Below are positions 25,820-38,744 of a stretch of DNA of 64,000 nt, piece after piece (position 1 is the first letter of the stretch; each line of letters begins with the position of its first letter). The notes below the pieces were generated by a model, which was not told the origin of the DNA, ran no database searches, and was given only the letters and a program-made list of their open reading frames with translations. The position numbers were made by a program, and so were the translations under genes. The stretch comes from Octopus sinensis (lineage: Eukaryota), in assembly GCF_006345805.1 (NCBI RefSeq), contig NC_042999.1, forward strand, positions 52,390,001-52,454,000, written 5' to 3'.

Positions 25820-27815
25820 TCAAATAAATGCCGACCAAGGAACAGCAAAGTAGTTGACATTGGGTAGGACAGTGCTTTGCCTGAAAAACATCGAAACAGG
25901 CAATACGGTAGACAATTGGAGGCCGATATCCTGTTTGCCACTTATGTGGAAATTATCGACTGAAATACTCACAGAGTCAATGTATGAACAGGAAAAAATG
26001 GAGTCCTGCCACATGAGCAGGAGGGTTGCACGCGTAAGTGCATAGGTACTAAGGATCAACTCATGATAGGCTGAAGTTATACTTAGAGATAACAAGAGAA
26101 TGAAAAAGTAACTTAGCCATGTCATGGATCGACTATCGTAAGGCGTGCGATGTGATCCCACATTCTTGGATTATGGAGTGTATGAAACTGTTTGGGACTG
26201 CACCGAATGTTGAGCGATTGCTTGGAAAAAGTATGGCGAATTGGAGGACGGAGATGACAGCATACGGAAGACCATTTGTACTGTGCTTGATTCCACTAAC
26301 ACTGATTCTGAGGAAAGCAAAAGTTGGTCATGTATTCAAAAACCACCAGCACAAGGTCAACCATTTGTTATTCGTGGATGACCTGAAACTTTATGGTAGT
26401 GATGATGCCCAAGTCAGTTCCCTCGTTGATATGGTGTATACTTTCAGTGCTGATATCAGAATGGAATTCGGACTGAGCAAGTGTGGTGTGTTAGTACTGA
26501 AGAGAGGCAATATCAAAAGTATGGATGGGCTAACGATACTGTCGGGGGAGGTTATGAAGTAGATAGAAGAAACGGGCTATCATTACTTGGGGATTTTGGA
26601 ACTGGATAAATTGATGGAGAAAGAAATGGCAGAAAAATTTAAGGTGGAGTACTTGCGTAGACTGAGACTGATCCTTAAGTCGAAATTAAATGGACGGAAT
26701 AAGATCGAAGCTATCAACACCTGGGTGTTTTCACTCCTTAGATATAGAGGAGGGTAATCGCATGAACAGTAGACGAACTAAATAGCTTAGACAGAAAGAC
26801 AAGGAAGTTACTAACTAGATATGGGTCACTCCACCCAAACATTGACACAGACAGACTGTATTATGTACTAAGAAAAAGAGGAGCAAGAAGACTAATTAGA
26901 TGCGAATACAGCATTAGAGCAGGAGAAAACCACATATCATGGTATGTAGAAAATGCCACAGAAACGCTGTTATTAGAAGTAAGAAGGTCAGGCTTGTATA
27001 GGTTGAAATATTGTAAAGATAAATCACTATACAAGGAATTGAAAACGAATGAAACGGAAAATAAGTGGGTAAAGAAAATAATGCATGGTCAATTTCATAG
27101 GGATGTTGAAGATAAGATAGACAGAGAAAAAATATGGCTGAGGAGGACTAAAAGTGATTTAAAACCGGATTTAAAACAGAGGCTCTGAGTTGTGCTGCCC
27201 AAGAGCAAACACTAAGAACAAACTATATAAAATACAGAATCGACAACACAGCAGAAAGTGATAAGTGCAGAATCTGTGGACAAAACGGTGAAAGTGTATG
27301 GCATATTACTAGCCAATGTACATCACTAGCCCAGAAGGAATATAAGAGACGCCACGACAATATAGCCAGGTTTGTCCACTGGACACTTTGCAACAAGTAT
27401 GGACTTGACAGGGCAAAAGTTTGGTACGACCACAAATCTGAAGGCATCGTCGAAAATAGAAATACAAAGATCCTATGGGATTTTTTGATTCTGTGTGACC
27501 ATGAAATAGAGAATAGGAAGCCGGACATAGTATTAATTGAGAAAGAAAACAAACTATGCTGGATCATAGATATAGCATGCCCATCTGACAACAAGGTATG
27601 CGATAAGGAAGAAAGAAAAGGTGAGAGATATGACAGGTTAGCTTGGGAAGTTAAGCAATTACCAACATGGTGGAAAAAGATCAGTGCAAGTGTGAAGGTA
27701 GAATACTTCAAGAATTCTTCGACTGTTCTTGAAGCATGACCAGTAAACAAGTGTCATCTGCGGACAGCTGACACTTTCCATCATACCCAGCAAAAGAAGC
27801 TGTGAGTTTTTGACA
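25820..27815 (+). mobile_element. Degraded R4/Dong-type non-LTR retrotransposon (RT, CCHC and REL) followed by a (TAA)n tract
   Basis: Encodes [43 protein letters not shown]...H, RHDN and RKPDIVL...IIDIACP. Confidence 0.88.
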
Positions 27816-27874
27816 AATAATAATAATAATAATAATAATAGTAATAATAATGATGATGGTGATGATGGTGATAG

Positions 27875-27924
<50 letters not shown>

Positions 27925-28004
27925 CCGTGAAGCACTGAAGTATGTAATTTCGAGTACCAGAATTAATGATAAAAAACGAGACTGTAAACGCATGAATGAT
28001 TTAC

Positions 28005-28106
28005 CTTTAGGCGAAAACATATGACTGTCATTAGATTGTCACCAATGAGTTCAAATTTGTCGTCTTTTTTTATCAAATGCTTAAACTTGTGGGCCAGTTT
28101 TATATC
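28005..28106 (-). CDS. Gene B exon 11, 102 bp: DIKLAHKFKHLIKKDDKFELIGDNLMTVICFRLK
   Basis: Acceptor tctcag| and donor AAG|gtaaat. Ends in the CFRLK motif, and the 102-bp length matches human DDC. Confidence 0.95.
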
Positions 28107-28965
28107 CTGAGAAGAACAAATATGAAAGGAAATGATTTAATGAGAGAAAACAATAATATTCAGAAACAAGTCCTTCATGATAGCGTCGCAGGTGTCTTTA
28201 ATTGTGAATGGATTGTATGTTTCTATATGAGTGTGAAGACATTATTGGAATAACAGTTAAATAACCAGGGGAAGCATATAAACTTTTAAATAACCTCAGT
28301 GTTATATGGTAAATAAATGTTGACAATATCTATTTACATATCTGTGCATCTCTTCACTTGATTAATGCTAAGCACTTTTCTTTTAACCGACATGTTCCCT
28401 TAAACTAGCGTTTTAGTTTAGGGCAATTTTTTAAGTATGGATTAGTCGGTTCCATTGATGGCAAGCACGCAAGCATATCATGCACAAGTTTCCATTAATT
28501 TTATTCTTAGATTTTAATAATTTTACATTATTTATCCTTATTTTCCGCACTCTGAGGTCATTCAATTTTTACTGTAATTATCTGTCTGTTATGAAAATAT
28601 GACCATCATTTCAGACTTTTTCTTCCCGAACTTTACTTGATTTTCTATTTCCCAACTTTGCTGTTGCTTATCAAATCCGAGTTCATACAGAGAAGCTTAT
28701 AAATACAGTTCCGAGATGTTGAGATAAATTTAACTCTAGACTAGAAATTTGGAAGAGAAATGAATTTTGGCGATCAACAGCTGTCCTATTTCAGCGTATT
28801 TCATCAATTTGTCACATGAATTGTTAGTTAATATAGGATGTCATAGCAATAACAGACTTTATAAACATAGACCAGATGACTGATGTCATAATGGAGTCAG
28901 TAAAGATTTTCCCTAGAATAAGAAGCTATTAACAGAATGATTCTAGTATACAAAACAAAGCTCAC

Positions 28966-29064
28966 GTTTCTGATGAGTTCCTGAAGTCTGTATATCCCAA
29001 AGAGTCGTAAAACAAACCAGAGTTTCAGAGATCGAAACGAACGTCCACAAGGAATTTGCCAGGA
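28966..29064 (-). CDS. Gene B exon 10, 99 bp: [33 protein letters not shown]
   Basis: Acceptor tgtag| and donor AAC|gtgagc. Contains the [14 protein letters not shown] signature, and the 99-bp length matches human DDC. Confidence 0.96.
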
Positions 29065-29339
29065 CTACAATGTACAACATTTAACAAATCAATAATAAGA
29101 GATACTTTTTTTAGTATTTGGTTTCAACAAAATTACAAGAACATGCAAGCCACACGCGCGCACTCTCGTATGAACATATTATTACATGTACATAATGGAC
29201 TCTCGTTGTATTCGACGCACAAAAGTCAAAGAATTGGACTTTCATTTTTACTCCAGATTTTGGCTTTTGTGCCTTCTGTGAGACGCTAAACCTGCTTGTT
29301 CTTTGCAAACCAGACGGCATCCTTTGCACACAGAACTGC

Positions 29340-29930
29340 ATTCTTTTGAGGTATGCGCTCAACCCTTCTATCGAAATGGCTCATGATGCCACTTTGAGAG
29401 ATTTTCCTCCATCTGTTACGGCCAACAGCACATTTCTCAAATTCTCGTGCTTCAATTCCAATATGCTTCGTATATTCCTCTTCAGCTTATTCTTGTATCT
29501 AAGAAGGGGTCTTCCTTATATTTCGTACTCCCATTTGAAGATGGCCATAAGTGAGAATTTTCGGTAGCCTTCCATCATTCATCCAAGCAACATGGCCAGC
29601 CCATCTTAACTGAGACAGCATCAAGAAAGCCGTTTTGCTTTGTATGTCACGTTTATGAAACAGCTGTTCATCAGACATTTTGTCTTTCCATGTGAAACCA
29701 CAAATATTTCTAAGACATCATTTTGGGAAATTATTTAACTGTTTGATAGGTCTTCTATTTGGTCTCCACGATTCAGACCCATTCAGCAGTGTTGAGATTA
29801 CAACTGTACAGTAAACTAAGATTATGCTTTCTAAACTCAATTCTCTCACATTGTAGACTTTTACTCGCTGCTTTCCAAAGACATCACAAGCCTTGGCGAT
29901 CCTATTTACAATTTCATCATCTAAAGAAGC
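29340..29930 (-). mobile_element. RTE-clade LINE RT fragment
   Basis: Encodes SLDDEIVNRIAKA...FGK and TLLNGSESW. Confidence 0.7.
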
Positions 29931-30796
29931 GCTACAATAGATATACAAATCTCCTATACATAGGTGTTACCCAGATATACGCTCATTTGTGTAACAGTAC
30001 GTGTATATGCATAAATATGTGTGTACATATTCGGGTATATTTGTGTGACCATGTGTTGCAGCTGTATTCCATGATTAAATACATTATAAATAACAGTGAC
30101 GCGAGTGTGTTTTAGGTAAATATTATGCCACATAACTTACAATAACAAACTGCTTCACGCATTTATATGCATATACATACAATGCACTCACAAATACACA
30201 CACTTGTGTGTGTGTGTGTGTGTGTGTGTGTAGTGTTTGAAGTGGTGTACAGGTGGTGTTTGAATGTGCGTATCTACAAAAATGTGCGTATCTACAAACA
30301 TATATAACAGGAGAGACAGAGAGAGAAAGAGAGAGATAGTTAGAGATAGAGAGAGGCTTTCAAAAACAATAACTGAACCAAGAATGACATCTTGAATTGT
30401 AATTAAATTTCAACAAGTCCACAACATCGATACAATATAATTGAAAAGAAACCTCTTTCTCTCTGCCCTTCCCTTTCATTTTCTTCTTCTTCCTCTTTTT
30501 CTTGTCTTTCTCATCGTTCTTCCTAAAATTGACATCTTGAAGGATCATTTAGCGCCAGCCACCTGTTAGTCAACACAGACGCTTTCCTTCACTTTCTACT
30601 CACTCCTCCACTCCTCCCTCCCTTCCTCTTTCTTCTTTCTCCTCTTCTAAACACTCAAAACAACATACGCACACACATACACACATACACGTACACATAC
30701 ATATTTTTAAATCCTAATGTTTAACTTAACAAGCATGTTAATATGCATATAATGAGGGAAGAGGAGGGAGAAAGGAAGAGAGGTATTCGAAAAGAA

Positions 30797-31214
30797 GGAT
30801 CTTTTCGGTTTGAACGGCAGTTTTTTCTAGCGGTCCCATATGAAACTGTCACCCATAATTATGACCCCAGTATCGATCTATTGCATTTCAATCTGTTTTA
30901 GGGTTAGGGTTAGGGGTGGGGGAAGGGTATCTTTTGTTCTTCAGAAATGTAAATAAACCCAATCTGTCTCTTAAACGAGGGACATATTCATATGGCACAG
31001 AATGTTTTCACCTCAATAGACGTCATTGATTGGTAGAAATTGCAGAAATTGAAGAAAAAAAAACAGTAAATATCTTACAAACTATAGAACTTTCTCAATA
31101 AAGCCAAGAGAAAAACATGTTTAATAAACACATTCTACCAGTATACGAAGTTTAAAAGTGTTCAGTTACGTGGGAATTATTTAAAAAAAACTGCCGGTCA
31201 AACCGAAAAGATCC
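30797..31214. mobile_element. MITE (418 bp) with TIRs of about 30 bp and a near-perfect 8-bp TSD
   Basis: TIR ggatcttttcggtttgaacggcagtttttt has one mismatch between ends. The flanks are gaaaagaa and aaaaagaa. Confidence 0.85.
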
Positions 31215-33342
31215 AAAAAGAATGACTGACTCAACAACGGCATCTTGAATTGCTGTTAAATTGGTAAAGTGTGGAAGAATTGGTCAGGAAGAACGAAAAT
31301 ATAAGGCTATAAAATATAGGCGAAAAATTCATGAAACAATATACGCAAAAATAGTTGATAAAAATGTAGACAAATATATATTATATTGGCAAAGTCCAGT
31401 TCCTAAAACAATATAGGCTAAAACCATAAGTAAAAACTATATGCTAAAAGCTATTGGCAACACTATCGGCAAAAATCTATAAGTAAGAAAGTGTTCACAT
31501 TTGATAAAAAATACAGGCATAATTATAGGAAAAAAATATAGGCTAAAATCTGTAGGGAAGAAAAATTCACTTTTAATAATATGAATAACTATAGGCAAAA
31601 ACTATAGGCTAAAAAACTATGGCCGCAAAAACTATAGACAAAATATAGGCTGAAACTAGAGGCAAAAATTATATGCTAAAGCTATAGACAAATTATAAAC
31701 TGCCTATGGTTTCAGCCCATAGTTTTTAACTGGTATGTAATTTCAGCTTATAGTTTTAGCCTATATAATTTCAGCCTATAGTTTTTGTCGCCTGCAATTT
31801 TGCCTAAAGTTTTAGTCTATACATTTTGTCGCCTATAGTTTGCCTATAGTTTAGCATGGAGTTTTAGCGTATAGTTATCCTATAGTTATTTTAGCCTATA
31901 GTTATTTAGCCTACAGTTTTGTCTAAACTGCCAGCCTATATTTTGTCATTTTCAGCCTATAGTTCTTCCTATAGTTCGCCTATAGTTTTAGCCGGTAATG
32001 TTTGTGGCCTACATAGTTTGTCTAAAGATATGTCTATATTTTGCCTATAATAATTTCAGTCTGCCTATAGTTTTAGCCTATAGTTTTGCCTATAGATTGA
32101 TTATAGTATTTACTTTTAGCCTATGGTTTCTGTCGCCCATAGGTTTTGTCACCTATAGTTTTGCCTATAGTTTTAGCCAATAGTTTGCTTATAGTTTTAG
32201 CCATGCCAATAGTAAACTTATGCTCACAACTATAGGCACATGACTAAAAACACGTAATCTAACAAGTATAGGCACAAGGACTAAAATACACTTATCCTCA
32301 AAAATATAGGTACAAGAAATAAAAAAACACTTATCTTCACAACTATAGCCTCATGGAGTAAAACAAACACTTATCCTCATAAACATAGGCACAAGAACTG
32401 AAAAATCATTTATACCCACAACTATAGGCCCAAGGACGAAAAAACACTTACCTCTATACGTGCATGTGTGTATATGTGGCTGTAAGCGTGTGTGCGTATG
32501 TATGCACATATATTATGGGTTTGTGTGTTTGTATGTGCATCTGTACACGTGTGGGTGTAAGTGTGTATATATATATATATGTATGCGTATGTGTGTACGT
32601 ATGTGTGCGCACGCGTGTACCTGTGTGTGTATATGTGTGTGCATGTGTGGGGCGGTCGGTGTGCGTGTAAATACAGAGGGTTGCGTATATGTACATGAGC
32701 TATATGGGCGCGCGTATGTCCGTGTGCACCTGAACGAGTGAATGTGTGGGCCTGCTGACAGGAGGACCGATGTCTGTCGTTGTGTATGTGTGCGTGTGTG
32801 TCTGGGTGAACACATGTACGCACACGTATACATATGTATATGTGTGAGTGTCTGTCTGTGCATGTAGCTTAATTTAGCCAGCCATATAGACTAAAGAGCG
32901 GAATATGACCACAGTATTGTGTTTGTCTACTCCAGCCAGTCGCCAAATGCTTGCGCACGTCAAAGCCGTTCAATCTGATACCGTAAGCACCCCCTCCATT
33001 TACATTAAATTAAAAAAATTTCTTTGCAATCATTTCTTGACCACAACTATAAGCACTCCCATCCCTATTCATATTAAATGCTTTGTGTTTTCTTTTATTT
33101 CTTTCCTGACCAAATCTTTCTCACTTTACCAAATGGGTCTGAACTGTTAGTATCACACCATCAGCATATAACTTGAAGCGAAAATGTAGATCTGAGAAAT
33201 TGTGAAGCATCTTACGTCACCTGACGAAGCTCTCTTGCACTGTGCGTTGCATCTGGTGTTATTACATCGTTCTTCGTCCACTAGGGAGCAGTGCAGAATG
33301 AAGCCAAAACAATTGTTGTGCTAATAAATGCTTTCAGTTACA

Positions 33343-34264
33343 CTTCGTCTTCCGTATTAATCTTTTAAAATATACCCCACATACAGCTCGGAATTCCGGA
33401 CGTAGATCTAACGATAAATGCACGGTATCGCTTATGACACCTGATAGCCATTTATATATGAGGTGGGTGAGTTATAATTAAAAAGAAATTTTCTTGTCTA
33501 TATGCTGAGAAATAAACACTAAATAAACTTCGTCTTCCGTATTAATCTTTTAAAATATACCCCACATGCAGCTCGGAATCCCGGACGTAGATCTAACGAT
33601 AAATGCACAGTATCGCTTATGACACCTGATAGCCATTTATATATGAGGTGGGTGAGTTATAATTAGAAAGAAATGTTCTTGTCTATATGCTGAGAAATAA
33701 ACACTAAATAAACTTCGTCTTCCGTATTAATCTTTTAAAATATACCCCACATGCAGCTCGGAATCCCGGACGTAGATCTAACGATAAATGCACAGTATCG
33801 CTTATGACACCTGATAGCCATTTATATATGAGGTGGGTGAGTTATAATTAGAAAGAAATTTTCTTGTCTATATGCTGAGAAATAAACACTAAATAAACTT
33901 CGTCTTCCGTATTAATCTTTTAAAATATACCCCACATGCAGCTCGGAATCCCGGACGTAGATCTAACGATAAATGCACAGTATCGCTTATGACACCTGAT
34001 AGCCATTTATATATGAGGTGGGTGAGTTATAATTAGAAAGAAATGTTCTTGTCTATATGCTGAGAAATAAACACTAAATAAACTTCGTCTTCCGTATTAA
34101 TCTTTTAAAATATACCCCACATGCAGCTCGGAATCCCGGACGTAGATCTAACGATAAATGCACAGTATCGCTTATGACACCTGATAGCCATTTATATATG
34201 AGGTGGGTGAGTTATAATTAGAAAGAAATTTTCTTGTCTATATGCTGAGAAATAAACACTAAAT
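33343..34264. repeat. 185-bp tandem repeat, 5 near-identical copies
   Basis: cttcgtcttccgtattaa starts at 33343, 33528, 33713, 33898 and 34083. Confidence 0.96.
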
Positions 34265-34459
34265 CATCTCACCACGAAAAGAAGTCAAAAACACATGCAT
34301 TGAATTCGACGCAACAAGCCAGCGAAAATTATTAATAAAATAGATAGCTCTAGATCTATTTTATTAATAATTTCCGTTGGCTTCCTGCGTCGAATTTAAC
34401 AATGTGTTTGTGACTTCTTTCAGGGGTGAGACGATTTAGCGTCTATTTCTCAGCATATA
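34240..34459. repeat. Imperfect palindrome whose left arm includes the end of the last 185-bp unit
   Basis: tatatgctgagaaata...aattattaataaaatagat pairs with atctattttattaataattt...tatttctcagcatata. Confidence 0.85.
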
Positions 34460-36585
34460 AAAAAAACCTGTACCACGGGAGCGAAAGATCCTGATGCGCA
34501 AAAGGTCAAGACTAAGAAACAAAAAATCTAAGCTGACATCAAAACATGAATTACAGAAAGTCCTTGACCAAATATACGGATTAGAAGACAATCTAAAACA
34601 ACACTATGATGAAGAACGTAACAATGCAGAAAAGAGAGCCATAGAAAACATCAAGAAAAATACAAAATGTTTCTAAAGTTTTGCAAAGAAATACTCGAAT
34701 ACCAAGTCAACAATAGGACCTCTCCAGAGACAAAATGGGGATGTAGTGAATAACCCTATTGAAATGGCAGAAATGTTGGGTCAACAGTATGAAAGTGTCT
34801 TCAGTGAGCCATCTAAAACCATGAAAATCCATAACCCAGGAAAATTCTTCAAGGATATCGACCATACTAAACCTACCCTATCCGACATTGATTTCAATCC
34901 AGAAGACATAGAAAGAGCCATAGACAAGCTCTCCATGCACTCGGCTGCGGGGCCTGACGGTTTCAATGCCATGATACTTAAAAACTGCAAGGTACAATTG
35001 TTGAAACCCCTTTATATGATATGGAGGGAAACTATGGAGAATGGCAAAATACCAAATACATATAAAGAAGCACACATAACTCCAATACATAAAGGGGAGA
35101 GCAAATCAAAACCAAAGAACTACCGACCAATCTCACTGACATCACACATTATCAAGGTCTTCGAAAGAATAGTTCGTGGAAAACTGGTTGAGTTCCTGGA
35201 ATCCAACAATCTGATGAATTGCAACCAGCATGGATTCAGGTTAGGTAGATCATGTCTTTCCCAACTACTGGCACACCATGACCAAATCCTAGAAAATCTA
35301 GAGAATGGATACAACACAGATGTTATTTACATCGATTTTGCCAAGGCATTTGACAAGGTAGATCATGGCATCCTGGGTCACAAACTTCGAAAGCTAGGAG
35401 TAGGAGGAAAAGTTGGTACATGGATACATGAGTTCCTTACAAATAGAACTCAAACAGTCACTGTGAATGGAACCCATTCAACACCATCACCTGTGACCAG
35501 CAGTGTTCCTCAGGGTACAGTACTCGGCCCAATCCTGTTTCTCATCCTCATCTCTGACATAAATGAAGATACAACCAGCAACGTCTCATCCTTTGCTGAT
35601 GACACCAGGGTCATGAGACAAATCAAAGACGAGGTGGATACAGAGGCCTTACAAAAGGACCTGACCACCATATATAAATGGCAGGAAACAAACAACATGT
35701 TGTTCAATGATAAGAAGTTCGAACTAATTCGCTACGGAACAGATCAAGATCTGAAAAATACAACAAACTACAGAAACCCATCAGGACAACAAATAATGGA
35801 AAAACAGTATGTGAAAGATTTAGGCATCCACATGGGAACCAACCTAAAATTCAGAGAACACCTTGACTCAGTCTGTCTTACTGCAAGAAAGTACAGCGGG
35901 TGGATCTTGCGCACCTTCAAATCAAGAGATACCTCAACAATGAAAACCCTCTGGAACAGTATGATACTTCCGAGGATTGACTACTGTTCTCAGTTGTGGT
36001 CACCAACAACAAAGGGCCAACTATCTAAGATGGAATCGCTCCAAAGAAATTTTACCTCATACTTCTCAGAAACGAGGGACCTGGACTATTGGCAAAGACT
36101 CAAAACCTTGAGGATGTACTCAATAGAAAGAAGATTTGAGCGATACCGAATTATATACATTTGGAAAATGATAGAGCAAAAGGTGCCTAACTTTGGTATC
36201 AAAACCTACCACTCACTGCGCCACGGAAGACGCTGCCAGCTACCACCAATCAACAAAAAGGCTGGCCAGGCAGCAAAAACCCTGCGAGAATCAAGTCTGT
36301 TGGTTCGAGGAGCACAACTATTCAACTCCATTCCGGTACATGTCAGAAATCTATCAGGATGCAGTGTGGATTCATTCAAATTGCAGTTGGATAGATACTT
36401 AAGCACCATTAGAGATGAACCCCATCTCCCAGGATATACACAACGTGCACAAACTGACTCAAACTCGCTCCTACACATGTCAAAATTAAACAGAGAATAC
36501 AACCTGGCAACCACACCAGACTCTGAGGGTGGAGTCTTCGACTTGGCCTGAGCATGGACTCAAACTCAAATGAAATGAAAATGAA
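34460..36585 (+). mobile_element. 5'-truncated CR1/L2-group LINE with an open 601-codon RT region (34746-36551) and an (AAATG)n tail
   Basis: Encodes YRPISLTS, QHGFR.GRSC, YIDFAKAFDKVDH, VPQGTVLGP and FADD. One in-frame stop lies at 34674-34676, and a 5-bp TSD atata lies at 34455-34459 and 36586-36590. Confidence 0.95.
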
Positions 36586-36709
36586 ATATAGACTAGAAAA
36601 TTTCTTTCTAAGCCCTTATTGTAATTATACATTTAATTTCACATTAATCGGTCTTCCTTTTGTATGCTGGCAACTGATAACATTGCTTTAAAAAAGTTTT
36701 ATATATATA

Positions 36710-37090
36710 TACGCCATGATAGATCGTTAGCCACTACACACATTTTTTCTCTCCTTGTTTTCTGTGTCCCTTTCTGTAGAAGAGCGTAGGCTCGAAACGT
36801 AAAATACTTTTTCAATTCCTGAGCGTTATACTAATACATCTGTTTGTTTTGTACACCGCCTGTCTTCGTCTTTTGCTTTTTTCGTCGTGGCATCGTCCGT
36901 TTTTCTGTCCCTGTTTCGTATACATTCGATCCTTCTTCCAAGAAATCTAATGCTCGTAGCTTAGTTTTTCCTTGGGGCTGGCCGGATCGGAGCGATCTCA
37001 AGACTAATCAGCCGAAATTGCTACGATGATCCGGTTCTTGACTGAAGATTGAAGGCTTCGAATGTCCCGTCCGTGTTTTTTGTATCGTCT
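36710..37090 (+). mobile_element. Penelope-like non-autonomous fragment, same family as 1880-2060
   Basis: cgccatgatagatcgttagccactacacac...gaagagcgtaggctcgaaacgt is shared with the copies near 1886 and 2872. Confidence 0.65.
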
Positions 37091-37126
37091 TAATGTTTTA
37101 CGTTCTTGTCCCAGTTTGTATTTTTC

Positions 37127-37205
<79 letters not shown>

Positions 37206-38462
37206 TTTATAATGAAGGAGAATACAGATTTATATCCGGTTTTATTCAGCAGTTAATTTCTTCTTTTCGTTTCTGCACCTACACAAGTTTCTGCAGTATG
37301 TAATTAATGCACACTTCAAAATTTGCAAATTTCTGTGCATTTATTGTTAGTTGCCATTTATGCAGGTTAGGATCAATCACATTGTTCAGATAGAATCTAA
37401 ATTAAATACAAATCCTGCCGAAATACACGTGGTGCTGTCATTATTTCAAAAATAGCTTAGACCGTCACCTTTTCAACTCTGCTGGTTAAAAACAAAATGA
37501 CTAGCTGTCCAAGAGATTTCAGTATTTTGCAGACATAGACCATCCGTAAGTGGTGAGTGGTAGTACTAATGCTTAGTATCAAGTTACCTTAAGAATGTTT
37601 TTTAATGTTAGGATCATTCCTCTCCGCAGTATTGCTACTTCTACTACTCTTATTATTATTGTTGATAATGTTAGTAATGAACTATAAGCCCATTATTTAA
37701 TTTGCTGATTTTATAATTAAATTAAATTTATTTGAATTTAAGGATATCGTTAATTTCGTTCCCAAATTGTTCTGTAATCCCTAGAATAAAGTCAATTTAT
37801 TTAGGAATCTATATTAATTACCCTCTCGACTTGCTATTGTTACTTGATTTCAGTTCTAATTTTAATATTATAGCTTATGCAATCATTCAAATTCATGAAA
37901 CGCATGTTTAGCTTGGGGAATACAACGTCATGCGCTCTTACATCTATGATTAATTAATTTGAACTTTTAAGTAAGAATTTGGTAAATTTCTCCTGCAAAC
38001 AATTCACACCATTTGCCTCCTCCGCTATATGGTTTGGCTCTACGAATTATTGTTATTTGTATTCTTTATTTATTATCTTTTCAGGATCAAATTAGTTTAT
38101 TTAAAATAGTGTATGTTTCTTAATTTTGCGGCCTCTAAATGCGTTATCGCCTTTGGCAATTCTTTTTATGTATGTTTCGCTAGCACCGATGAAATGAAAT
38201 ACTGATCTTCTGAGATATTCTAGCATCTGTACACTATTTCTTTATTTTTAAAGTTAGGCTCAGAGGGACATAGTCTATTTATTGCGCAATTACAATTTTT
38301 ATCTGTAGCTCTAGTTTTATATCTTGTTTTCTTTCATGATTATTACTTTTGCGCTTTCTGCCCTTTTTATCTTCTAATTTACATTCTGTTTCCGATTTTA
38401 GTTTCGCTTTCCAATATGTTATTATGTTATTATGTAATTTGGGTTATCATTCACAACGTCTC

Positions 38463-38512
<50 letters not shown>

Positions 38513-38686
38513 TTTGACTTCTACTCTGTATTTCTACAAGTTGACTCCATCAAGTCTCACCCAGAGACCTCAAAAGACAAGTTAGAAGTTCATGTTAGTG
38601 TTATGCCTAGGGTGTCATTTATTTGGTTTTACACATAGTATTGGTCTAGAGAATGTTTAAGAAAACATAAGAATATAATAAGTTTG

Positions 38687-38744
<58 letters not shown>

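Noticed and set aside
34746-36551. 601-aa ORF, and the 598-aa ORF at 60194-61990, as host genes
   Set aside because: Both are LINE reverse transcriptases inside introns, antisense to gene B.
37322-37396. Minus-strand NLHKWQLT peptide resembling the PLP-lysine motif
   Set aside because: It is in the wrong order (after exon 9), the nearest acceptor is out of frame, there is no donor, and the flanks are not homologous.
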